Assembly (NCBI GenBank): GCA_011526365.1
Contig: WTIO01000044.1
Coordinates: 106,791 to 170,790 of the forward strand
Direction of reading: 5' to 3'
Length of the DNA: 64,000 nucleotides
Source of the DNA: Flavobacteriales bacterium
Lineage (GTDB): Bacteria > Bacteroidota > Bacteroidia > Flavobacteriales > Flavobacteriaceae
The number at the start of each line of letters is the position of its first letter. Position 1 is the first letter of the stretch. The notes beneath the pieces were generated by a model. It saw only the letters and a list, made by a program, of their open reading frames with translations. It did not search any database and was not told the DNA's origin. Positions 56,007 to 64,000 of the stretch are shown in pieces. The translations under genes were made by a program, and so were the position numbers.

Positions 56007-59000
56007 ATGAGCAAAAAAAATAAACTCACCAAAGAATTTTCCCTATCAAGCTGGGCGATAGACCACAAAACTGTGGTCTATGTAATCATGACACTGTTCC
56101 TGATTTTAGGAATTAGCTCCTATGTCACCATGCCCCGGGAAAGTTTCCCCGAAATTAATGACACCAAGGTGTTTATTAGTACCGTATATCCAGGAAACAC
56201 AGCCGAAGACATTGAACGCCTGATTACTGACCCCCTTGAAGAAGCCGTAAAAGGAGTGCCTAACCTGGTGGACATCACCTCCACTTCCTCCGAAGATTTT
56301 TCTGTAATCACTGTAGAGTTTGATGAGTCCATTACCATCGAATTGGCCAAGCAAAAAACACAAGAATTGGTGGATGGCGTGACCGCTGGTGCCGACTGGC
56401 CTACCTTTAACAATGCAAAAGTAGAGCCCAATGTTTTTGAGATGGACTTTTCAGAATTGATGCCAATTCTCAACATTGCACTAACGGGAAACTACCCCAC
56501 TGGCCAAATGAAAGCCTATGCCGAGTTTATTCAAGATGAAATTGAACGTTTGCCGCAAATTAAAGAAGTCAATATCCGTGGAATCCAAGATTTTGAGGTA
56601 GAGGTTGCTGTGGACATCTATAAAATGTCCGCTTCCCGCGTGAGTTTTAATGATGTTTTAGGAAGTATTAACGGCGGAAACACCACCCTTTCCGCAGGAA
56701 ATATTAAAACCGATGGACAGCGACGTAACATTCGTATTATAGGAGAAATTGAACGCCCCGAAGACCTTGAAAACTTTGTGGTAAAGTCTGAAAACGGCGC
56801 CATTTTTCTCAAAGATATCGCCACCGTTAGCTATAAAGAAAAGCAGAAAACTTCCTTTGCCCGCTCCTTGCAAACCCCAGCAGTTTTACTTGATGTAAGC
56901 AAACGCGGCGGTAAAAATCTTATTGAAGCCTCCAATGAAATAAATCGAATTGTCAACGAAACCAAAGCCCGTTATTTTCCCTCAGATTTAAACGTAACCA
57001 TTTCTAACGATCAGTCGGAGATGACCTTAAATCAGGTGAGTGATTTGGTTAACAACATTATTTTTGGAGTCATCCTTGTAGTTACAGTATTGATGTTTTT
57101 CCTCGGGTTCCGCAATGCGCTTTTTGTGGGCTTTGCCATCCCCATGTCCATGTTCATGTCGTTTATGATTTTATCGGCCTTGGGCTATACCATGAATACC
57201 ATGGTGCTTTTTGGACTGGTTATGGGTCTGGGAATGTTGGTTGACAATGGGATTGTGGTGGTAGAAAATGTCTATCGCCTGATGGAAAAACAAGGCATGA
57301 GTCGTTATGCTGCTGCCAAGGCAGGAATAGGTGAAATTGCCTTCCCAATTATTGTGTCCACAGCAACTACCATAGCCGCTTTTGTTCCCCTTGGCGCCTG
57401 GCCCGGATTGATGGGAGAATTTATGATTTATTTCCCCATCACCCTGTCCGTAGTATTGGGGTCTTCTTTAATTGTTGCCCTGTTTTTTAACTCCATGCTG
57501 GTATCGCAATTTATGAATATAGAAGAACGTGAGGTAAGTCGAAAAAGCTTAATTCGCATGAGCTTGTTTATGGGAACATTAGGGCTACTCCTAGTGTTTA
57601 ACACAGGCGTACTGCGTGGAATAGGCACCCTAATGTTGCTTATTCCCCTCTTGTTTTGGGCCTATAAATACTTTATAAAAAAATGGGCCACCTATTTTCA
57701 GAACACCTTGTTAAGCGCCCTTGAAAACCGCTACCAGCGCTTTTTAGAAGGTGCCTTGCGCGGAGAGCGTCCCTATCTTTTCCTTTTTGGAACCTTTGGT
57801 CTTTTATTTAGCTCCTTTGTGCTTATGGGTGTTTTCCCTCCCCAAGTAGAATTTTTCCCTGAAAACCAGCCCAAGCAGATTATGGCCTACATAGAATATC
57901 CCGAAGGCACTGCTATTGAAAAAACCAATGCCATTACCAAGCAAATAGAACAGGAAATGTTCCGTGTAATCCAGCAGTCAAAATACATTATGGATGGAGC
58001 TAATGTAATGCTAGAATCGGGAGTTGCACAGGTAGGAGAAGGTGCGGGTAACCCAGAAACCGACAGTGGGGTAACCAATGAAATGCCCCATAAGGCAAAA
58101 ATTACCCTAACCATGCGGGAATTTAAATACCGTGCAGGATTTTCAAGTGAAACCCTTCGGGAAGAACTGCAACAAGCCCTGTCCGGAAAATTTCCTGGTG
58201 TAGCTGTATCAGTTGAAAAAGATGCTGCTGGACCTCCTGTGGGCTATCCCATTAATATAGAAGTAACCGGAAAAAACTACGACCAGTTGGTGACTACCGC
58301 AGCAAACATTAAGGATTTCCTCAACGGCGAAAATATTGACGGTATCGAAAAACTAAAAATTGATGTCAATAAAAACAAACCGGGATTACGCTTAGAAATT
58401 GATCGCAAAAAGGCCGGGATGCTCGGCGTATCAGCAGCCTCTGTGGGACAACAACTGCGCACCTCCATTTTTGGGGCTAAAGCGGGAATCTATAAAAACG
58501 ATGGGGAAGACTATGAAATTAACGTTCGCTTTAATGCCGAAAACCGTTACGACAAAAACGCCTTGCTCAATCAAAGCATCACGTTTAGAGATCAGTCCTC
58601 TGGAAAAATAAAGGAAGTCCCCATAACTACCCTTGTGCGTTCGTCCAATACTGCTTCTTACAACGCCATTAAACACCGTACGCTAAATCGGGTGGTCACC
58701 GTGTATTCTCCTGTCCTCGCAGGGTACAACGCCAATGCTGTGGTAGAAAATGCTAAAATGGCCTTAACGAATTTTACGACCCCCGAAGGAGTTTCCTTTA
58801 AGTTTACTGGGGAAATTGAAGAGCAGGAAAAAAACATGAGCTTTTTATCCAAGGCCCTACTCTCTGCACTGGGCTTAATTTTACTGCTTCTTGTTTTTCA
58901 GTTTAACTCAATTTCTAAACCCATAATCATACTGCTATCCATCTTCCTAAGCTTTACAGGAGTATTCCTGGGGCTAATGCTCTTCCAAATGCCTTTTGTA

Positions 59001-59447
59001 ATATTAATGACCATGATGGGAATTATTTCTTTGGCAGGAATTGTGGTAAACAACGGAGTAGTGCTTTTGGATTACACCCAGCTTCTTATCGATCGCAAAC
59101 GCATTGCCAATCAATTGGAAGAAGGTGCGTTGTTAGCCCAAGACGCTGTGGTAGAGGCAATAGTTCAGGGCGGTACAGCACGACTGCGGCCTGTAATTTT
59201 AACCGCCATTACAACCATTTTAGGACTTATTCCTTTAGCGATTGGATTAAACATTGACTTTTTCTCCTTGTTTTCTGAATGGGATCCCAATATTTATATC
59301 GGTGGCGACAATGTTATTTTTTGGGGGCCACTGGCCTGGACAGTAATCTTTGGTTTGAGTTTTGCCACCTTCCTCACCTTGGTGATTGTCCCTGCCACCT
59401 TTTTAATTGTCTATCGCATTAAATTGCGAGTGAAAAAATTAATCTAG
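56007..59447 (+). CDS. Efflux RND transporter permease (AcrB/HAE family)
   Basis: About 1146 aa with 12 helices and two large periplasmic loops; GLVMGLGMLVDNGIVVVEN motif. The ATG at 56007 is preferred over the TTG at 55992. Confidence 0.92.
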   Translation: MSKKNKLTKEFSLSSWAIDHKTVVYVIMTLFLILGISSYVTMPRESFPEINDTKVFISTVYPGNTAEDIERLITDPLEEAVKGVPNLVDITSTSSEDFSVITVEFDESITIELAKQKTQELVDGVTAGADWPTFNNAKVEPNVFEMDFSELMPILNIALTGNYPTGQMKAYAEFIQDEIERLPQIKEVNIRGIQDFEVEVAVDIYKMSASRVSFNDVLGSINGGNTTLSAGNIKTDGQRRNIRIIGEIERPEDLENFVVKSENGAIFLKDIATVSYKEKQKTSFARSLQTPAVLLDVSKRGGKNLIEASNEINRIVNETKARYFPSDLNVTISNDQSEMTLNQVSDLVNNIIFGVILVVTVLMFFLGFRNALFVGFAIPMSMFMSFMILSALGYTMNTMVLFGLVMGLGMLVDNGIVVVENVYRLMEKQGMSRYAAAKAGIGEIAFPIIVSTATTIAAFVPLGAWPGLMGEFMIYFPITLSVVLGSSLIVALFFNSMLVSQFMNIEEREVSRKSLIRMSLFMGTLGLLLVFNTGVLRGIGTLMLLIPLLFWAYKYFIKKWATYFQNTLLSALENRYQRFLEGALRGERPYLFLFGTFGLLFSSFVLMGVFPPQVEFFPENQPKQIMAYIEYPEGTAIEKTNAITKQIEQEMFRVIQQSKYIMDGANVMLESGVAQVGEGAGNPETDSGVTNEMPHKAKITLTMREFKYRAGFSSETLREELQQALSGKFPGVAVSVEKDAAGPPVGYPINIEVTGKNYDQLVTTAANIKDFLNGENIDGIEKLKIDVNKNKPGLRLEIDRKKAGMLGVSAASVGQQLRTSIFGAKAGIYKNDGEDYEINVRFNAENRYDKNALLNQSITFRDQSSGKIKEVPITTLVRSSNTASYNAIKHRTLNRVVTVYSPVLAGYNANAVVENAKMALTNFTTPEGVSFKFTGEIEEQEKNMSFLSKALLSALGLILLLLVFQFNSISKPIIILLSIFLSFTGVFLGLMLFQMPFVILMTMMGIISLAGIVVNNGVVLLDYTQLLIDRKRIANQLEEGALLAQDAVVEAIVQGGTARLRPVILTAITTILGLIPLAIGLNIDFFSLFSEWDPNIYIGGDNVIFWGPLAWTVIFGLSFATFLTLVIVPATFLIVYRIKLRVKKLI

Positions 59448-59480
59448 GTAGAAAACCACTCAAAAAAAGGGTTTTCTTAC
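59448..59480 (+). terminator. Candidate hairpin terminator after the RND gene
   Basis: GTAGAAAACC pairs with GGTTTTC(T)TAC, giving a 10-bp stem with one bulge and a 12-nt A-rich loop. It is followed by only a short CTTTG. Starts right after the TAG stop codon. Confidence 0.35.
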
Positions 59481-59485
59481 CTTTG
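59478..59485 (+). promoter_or_regulatory. Candidate -7 promoter box TACCTTTG for aspS
   Basis: Exact TAnnTTTG, 16 nt upstream of the aspS ATG. Overlaps the 3' arm of the preceding hairpin. Confidence 0.35.
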
Positions 59486-59501
59486 CCGAAATTGGACTAT
59501 T

Positions 59502-61256
59502 ATGCTCAGAACGCACACCTGTGGTGCCCTTAACGAAACCCACTTAGGAACCGAAGTAGTTCTCAGTGGCTGGGTTCACAAACTCCGTGACAAAGGTTTT
59601 ATTATTTGGGTAGACCTGCGCGACCGCTACGGAATTACCCAACTGGTTTTTGATGAAGCCCGAACCCCAAAATTCGTCTTTGAACAAGCCCAAAAAATCG
59701 GACGAGAGTTTGTTATTCAAATCCACGGAACAGTTATTGAGCGTGAATCTAAAAACCCCGATTTACCTACAGGAGCCATAGAAATTTTTGTCAAACAACT
59801 CCACCTACTCAACGCTGCTAAAACCCCTCCTTTTACCATTGAAACAGACTCTGATGGAGGTGAAGAACTCCGAATGGAATACCGTTATTTGGATATCCGT
59901 CGCGCTCCTATACGCGAAAACTTAATGTTTCGTCATAAGGTCACCATGGCCATAAGAAACTACCTCTCCAAAGCGGGTTTTATTGATGTAGAAACCCCCT
60001 ATTTAATTAAATCTACACCCGAAGGAGCTCGTGACTTTGTTGTGCCTTCACGAATGAATGAAGGGCAGTTTTACGCCCTGCCTCAATCCCCACAAACCTT
60101 TAAGCAATTGCTTATGGTTGGGGGACTAGACAAGTACTTTCAAATTGTAAAATGCTTCCGCGACGAAGACCTGCGTGCCGACCGACAACCAGAATTCACT
60201 CAAATCGATTGTGAAATGTCATTTGTTACGCAAGAAGACGTATTACAAGAATTTGAAGGTTTAGTTCAGCACCTTTTAAAAGAAATCAAAGGCATAGCTC
60301 CCCAAGCCTTCCCCAGAATGACCTATGCCACCGCCATGGAACGCTATGGCAACGACAAGCCCGATATTCGCTTTGGGATGGAATTTGGAACCCTCAACGA
60401 TTTGGCCAAAGGAAAAGGATTTCAAGTGTTTGATGCCGTGGAATTGGTGGTGGGCATTGCCGCCCCTGGATTGGCCGACTACAGCCGTAAACAACTCGAT
60501 GGCCTTATCGATTGGGTGAAGCGCCCACAAGTGGGGGCCAAAGGTTTGGTGTGGGTAAAATGCAATGCAGACGGAAGCTTTAAATCCTCAGTTGACAAGT
60601 TTTTTAGTGCCGAAGATCTATCTGCCTGGGCCGCTCACCTCGGGGCTAAAGCCGGCGATTTACTTTTAGTGATGGCAGGAGATACAACAGCAACACGCAC
60701 ACAACTCAGTGCCCTTCGAATGCATTTAGGCGACATTTTAGGCCTGCGAGATCCCAATGTGTTTGCCCCACTATGGGTAACCGATTTTCCGTTGTTGGAA
60801 TGGGATGAAGAAAGTAAACGCTTTCACGCCATGCACCACCCCTTTACAGCTCCCAAGCCCGAAGAACTCCCCTTGCTGGACAGCGCTCCCGAAAAAGTAC
60901 ATGCCAATGCCTATGACCTGGTGCTCAATGGAAACGAAATTGGTGGGGGCTCCATTCGTATTCACGATGCGGCAACCCAAAGTAAAATGTTCGACTTACT
61001 TGGCTTTAGCCCAGAAGAAGCCAAGGCGCAATTTGGCTTTCTGATGAACGCCTTCCAATATGGGGCACCACCCCACGGTGGGATAGCCTTTGGCCTAGAC
61101 CGATTGGTAGCACTCTTAGGTGGAAAAGAAATCATCCGCGATTTTATTGCCTTCCCTAAAAACAATAACGGACGCGATGTGATGATTGATGCTCCTGCAC
61201 CCATCGCTCCCGAACAGTTGGACGAGTTAGCATTACAACTTCAATCCAAAACCTAA
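59502..61256 (+). CDS. aspS: Aspartate--tRNA ligase
   Basis: Class II motifs [24 protein letters not shown] and GLDRLV; 584 aa. Confidence 0.95.
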   Translation: MLRTHTCGALNETHLGTEVVLSGWVHKLRDKGFIIWVDLRDRYGITQLVFDEARTPKFVFEQAQKIGREFVIQIHGTVIERESKNPDLPTGAIEIFVKQLHLLNAAKTPPFTIETDSDGGEELRMEYRYLDIRRAPIRENLMFRHKVTMAIRNYLSKAGFIDVETPYLIKSTPEGARDFVVPSRMNEGQFYALPQSPQTFKQLLMVGGLDKYFQIVKCFRDEDLRADRQPEFTQIDCEMSFVTQEDVLQEFEGLVQHLLKEIKGIAPQAFPRMTYATAMERYGNDKPDIRFGMEFGTLNDLAKGKGFQVFDAVELVVGIAAPGLADYSRKQLDGLIDWVKRPQVGAKGLVWVKCNADGSFKSSVDKFFSAEDLSAWAAHLGAKAGDLLLVMAGDTTATRTQLSALRMHLGDILGLRDPNVFAPLWVTDFPLLEWDEESKRFHAMHHPFTAPKPEELPLLDSAPEKVHANAYDLVLNGNEIGGGSIRIHDAATQSKMFDLLGFSPEEAKAQFGFLMNAFQYGAPPHGGIAFGLDRLVALLGGKEIIRDFIAFPKNNNGRDVMIDAPAPIAPEQLDELALQLQSKT

Positions 61257-61260
61257 GGGT

Positions 61261-61533
61261 TTGAAATTGCTTTTACGCCTTCTTTTTCTACTCGTGTGTG
61301 CCGGAATTGCTTCTGGCTATTACATTTCCAACACATTAGACTATGCCCTAGGGCAAAAAATCATTGGTTTTAGCGTGTTGGGGGGAGTGGTGGTGTATAT
61401 GCCTTTGTTTTTATACCACCGGTGGAAGGGAAAAGCGCTTAAGGACTACACCTTAACTCCTGAAAACCTCAATAAAATGAAGTCCCAAATGGAGGGGAAA
61501 TCAGGCAAAAAGCACACTAAGAAAAAGGAATAA
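61261..61533 (+). CDS. Small membrane protein (two predicted helices, Lys-rich tail), hypothetical
   Basis: 90-aa ORF with a TTG start 4 nt after the aspS stop. Hydrophobic segments LLFLLVCAGIASGYY and IIGFSVLGGVVVYMPLFLY. No family recognised. Confidence 0.45.
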   Translation: MKLLLRLLFLLVCAGIASGYYISNTLDYALGQKIIGFSVLGGVVVYMPLFLYHRWKGKALKDYTLTPENLNKMKSQMEGKSGKKHTKKKE

Positions 61534-61537
61534 TACG

Positions 61538-61993
61538 CTAGCGTTTACGTTTAAAAAATTGCTGCAATAACGCTTCTGCTTCTGAAGCCATTACCCCCGA
61601 TGCAATCGTAGTTTTGGGATGTGCTGCCACCCCAGACTGTTGAAATCCGCGCTTGGGATCTGCAGCGGCAAATACCAAACGCTTCAGTTGACTCCAGTAC
61701 AAGGCCCCCATGCACATCACACAGGGTTCAAGCGTTACGTACAAGGTGCATTCTTTTAAGTATTTTCCATTTAAAAAATGGGCAGCAGCAGTAATGGCTT
61801 GCATTTCAGCATGTGCAGTAACATCATTCAACTGCTCGGTAAGATTGTGTGCCCGAGCAATAATACGTTGCTCTACCACTACTACCGCCCCAACAGGAAC
61901 CTCGTCTTTTTCAAACGCCTGTTGTGCCTCTGCCAAAGCCTGCTTCATAAAATACTGGTCGTCAAAACTATTTTTCACCCTGTGAAAATACAA
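61538..61993 (-). CDS. tadA: tRNA adenosine(34) deaminase
   Basis: HAEM and PCVMC zinc-binding motifs. The start is uncertain: TTG at 61993, GTG at 61978 or ATG at 61948. The conserved DDQYFMKQAL favours an upstream start. Confidence 0.88.
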   Translation of the reverse strand: MYFHRVKNSFDDQYFMKQALAEAQQAFEKDEVPVGAVVVVEQRIIARAHNLTEQLNDVTAHAEMQAITAAAHFLNGKYLKECTLYVTLEPCVMCMGALYWSQLKRLVFAAADPKRGFQQSGVAAHPKTTIASGVMASEAEALLQQFFKRKR

Positions 61994-62020
61994 AAGACTA
62001 TGTTACAATTTCCATAACGC

Positions 62021-62028
62021 TATATTTG
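62021..62028 (+). promoter_or_regulatory. -7 promoter box TATATTTG placed 4 nt from the dxs ATG; predicts a leaderless mRNA
   Basis: Reads TATATTTG-tgct-ATG directly. Confidence 0.45.
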
Positions 62029-62032
62029 TGCT

Positions 62033-63796
62033 ATGGTGTTGGATAAAATCTCTGGACCCGAAGACCTGAAGTCTGCCTCCTTGCAGGAACTACAGCAAAT
62101 TTGCAATGCCTTACGCCAGCGCATTATTGAAGTAGTAGCAAAAAATGAGGGGCATCTTGGGGCCAGCTTAGGAGTAGTCGAACTCACTGTTGCCTTGCAC
62201 AAAGTGTTTCACAGTCCAAAAGACAAAATTATTTGGGATGTCGGACACCAAGCCTATGGGCATAAAATTTTAACGGGACGAAATACCCAGTTTGACACCA
62301 ACCGACAACTGAATGGAATTAGTGGGTTTCCCCTTCGTTCCGAAAGTCCCCACGACGCTTTTGGTACAGGACATGCAGGGACTTCAATTGCTGCTGCTTT
62401 AGGCATGGCGCTGTCGAGTAAATTGCAAGGCAAAACCAACACCAAATTTATCGCTGTTATTGGAGATGCCTCCATAGCAAGTGGGATGGCCTTTGAAGCA
62501 CTCAATCATTTGGGAACCACCAAGGCCAATGTATTAGTGATACTAAACGACAACGCTATAGGTATTGACCCCAGCGTGGGAGCGCTAAAAAATTATTTTG
62601 CTGCAATGAAAAATCAAGAAGCAGCGGCAACCAATGTGTTTCACACCCTGAACATCCCCTATACTGGTCCTATTGACGGCCACAACCTAGAGCTTCTTTT
62701 GGAACAACTCCACCACTTGTCCCAACAAACTGGCCCACAACTGCTCCACATTACCACCACAAAGGGAAAAGGCTTTGCCTCAGCAGAAAGTGATCAAGTA
62801 CGATTTCACGCCCCAGGGAAGTTTGACCCCCTCACAGGGAAAATCAATAAAAAGCCCCATAGTGGTAGAACAAAATTCCAAGATGTTTTTGGGAAAACCC
62901 TAACGGACTTGGCCGCTAAAAACAACAAAATTGTAGCCATCACACCCGCCATGGTTTCGGGTAGTGGACTCACGTCATTTTTTGAGCAATTCCCCGATCG
63001 GAGTTTTGACGTAGGAATTGCCGAACAACATGCACTCACCATGGCAGCAGGTATGGCCACCCAAGGAAGCGTTCCCTACTGTGTGTTGTATTCTACCTTT
63101 TTACAACGGGCATACGACCAACTAATCCACGATATTGCCTTGCAAAACCTAGGGGTGGTGTTGTGTGTGGATCGCGCAGGCTTGGTAGGCCATGACGGCC
63201 CTACCCACCACGGTATTTTTGATATTGCCTATTTAAAAACCATTCCTAATTTAAGCCTTGCCGCCCCTAAAGATGAGGTCGCACTACGCAATTTACTGTA
63301 CACGGCACAACTAGGACTTTCGGGGCCTTTAGCCATTCGATACCCCAGAGGCTATGGGCATTTAACCAAATGGGAAAAGCCCTACGAAAAGGTGATTCTA
63401 GGGAAAGGCCAAGTACTTCAAGAAGGAAAAAATTTAATGGTGATTAGTGTAGGTACCACCGCCCACCAGGTAAATGAAGCCTTAGCGGCTTTTCCAGAAG
63501 GAAGTGTTGGGCATGCTGATTTGGGCTTTATAAAACCCTTAGACACCCAACTTCTAGAAGAAATTTTTTTGCAGTACAAAGCCGTCCTCACCGTTGAAGA
63601 CGGTGCCCTAAAAGGAGGAGCAGGAGAAAGCATCATGGCCTTTGCACAACAAAAAAATTATCCTGGGAAAATTTTCAACTTAGGAATAGAAGATGCCTTT
63701 GTTCCCCATGGACAGCTTGAAAAAATTCACGACATTGCAGGTATCAGCCCACAGCGTATTAGAGCGCAAATTGAGGGGATGATTACTGAAAAATAA
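62033..63796 (+). CDS. dxs: 1-deoxy-D-xylulose-5-phosphate synthase
   Basis: Contains GHLGASLGVVELTVALH, IIWDVGHQAYGHKILTGR, IGDASIASGMAFEALN and DVGIAEQHA motifs. Confidence 0.95.
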   Translation: MVLDKISGPEDLKSASLQELQQICNALRQRIIEVVAKNEGHLGASLGVVELTVALHKVFHSPKDKIIWDVGHQAYGHKILTGRNTQFDTNRQLNGISGFPLRSESPHDAFGTGHAGTSIAAALGMALSSKLQGKTNTKFIAVIGDASIASGMAFEALNHLGTTKANVLVILNDNAIGIDPSVGALKNYFAAMKNQEAAATNVFHTLNIPYTGPIDGHNLELLLEQLHHLSQQTGPQLLHITTTKGKGFASAESDQVRFHAPGKFDPLTGKINKKPHSGRTKFQDVFGKTLTDLAAKNNKIVAITPAMVSGSGLTSFFEQFPDRSFDVGIAEQHALTMAAGMATQGSVPYCVLYSTFLQRAYDQLIHDIALQNLGVVLCVDRAGLVGHDGPTHHGIFDIAYLKTIPNLSLAAPKDEVALRNLLYTAQLGLSGPLAIRYPRGYGHLTKWEKPYEKVILGKGQVLQEGKNLMVISVGTTAHQVNEALAAFPEGSVGHADLGFIKPLDTQLLEEIFLQYKAVLTVEDGALKGGAGESIMAFAQQKNYPGKIFNLGIEDAFVPHGQLEKIHDIAGISPQRIRAQIEGMITEK

Positions 63797-63816
63797 ACTA
63801 AACGCACCTCCGCCAT

Positions 63817-64000
63817 GGCAGAACAAAAACGCCTGTTTCTTCTTGATGCATATGCACTTATTTTTAGAGGCTATTACGCCTTTATTAAAAACCCAAGAAT
63901 CAACTCCAAAGGTATGGATACTTCTGCCATCATGGGGTTTACCAACTCCCTGTTGGATGTCATTAAACGCGAACGCCCAGACCACCTTGCGGTGGCTTTT
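63817..64000 (+). CDS. polA: DNA polymerase I; N-terminal 5'-3' exonuclease domain only, as the 3' end is cut by the window edge
   Basis: My own translation gives MAEQKRLFLLDAYALIFRGYYAFIKNPRINSKGMDTSAIMGFTNSLLDVIKRERPDHLAVAF, a typical Pol I N-terminus. The ORF is open to the window edge and is absent from the track. Confidence 0.85.

Noticed and set aside
1-64000. Mobile elements, CRISPR arrays, toxin-antitoxin pairs, restriction-modification systems or other defence islands.
   Set aside because: I found no transposase, integrase, recombinase, Cas, nuclease-helicase or methyltransferase-like ORFs, no direct-repeat arrays, no flanking tRNA, and no obvious compositional break by eye. The window looks like conserved core genome.

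Overview
This is a dense, roughly 95% coding chromosomal segment that looks like a Flavobacteriia/Bacteroidota genome. Evidence for that placement: TAnnTTTG -7 promoter boxes, no obvious Shine-Dalgarno dependence, DUF2480, DUF3078 and choice-of-anchor-B genes, and SUF-type Fe-S assembly genes. I call 62 protein-coding genes, two of them cut by the window edges, plus one comF pseudogene carrying a single in-frame TAA. I found no rRNA, tRNA, CRISPR array, transposase, integrase, phage or recognisable defence genes, so this is core genome rather than an island. Main blocks, in order: (1) a heme biosynthesis supercluster, hemH and an AraC regulator divergent from hemA-C-D-E-F, a cation/H+ antiporter and hemB; (2) housekeeping genes (ogt, serine hydrolases, a PolB-like 3'-5' exonuclease coupled to an orphan double ABC ATPase, xth, glyQS, hflX, lpxH and a trans-sulfuration enzyme); (3) an eight-gene oxidative sugar/glycoside locus at 27.7-35.8 kb, containing a GMC flavoprotein with a C-x5-C-x3-C-P motif, a Tat small subunit, cytochrome c, two TIM-barrel proteins, a Gfo/Idh/MocA oxidoreductase, a DUF1080 protein and a NupG-type permease. 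This locus has no glycoside hydrolase, SusCD pair or regulator, and it is my best candidate for an under-described system; (4) yicC-gmk-nadD; (5) a long SUF operon, sufA-B-C-D-S-E-DUF59-DUF2480; (6) isoprenoid-related genes (a lycopene cyclase-like gene, a polyprenyl synthase and dxs); (7) a TetR-TolC-MFP-RND efflux operon; (8) aspS, tadA, dxs and the start of polA. Non-coding signals read directly from the sequence include four exact TAnnTTTG-N4-ATG arrangements that predict leaderless mRNAs, a complete TTTG-N20-TAnnTTTG promoter bracketed by an inverted repeat upstream of tetR, and several palindromes placed just upstream of operon start codons. All product calls come from motif recognition by eye; no database search was possible.
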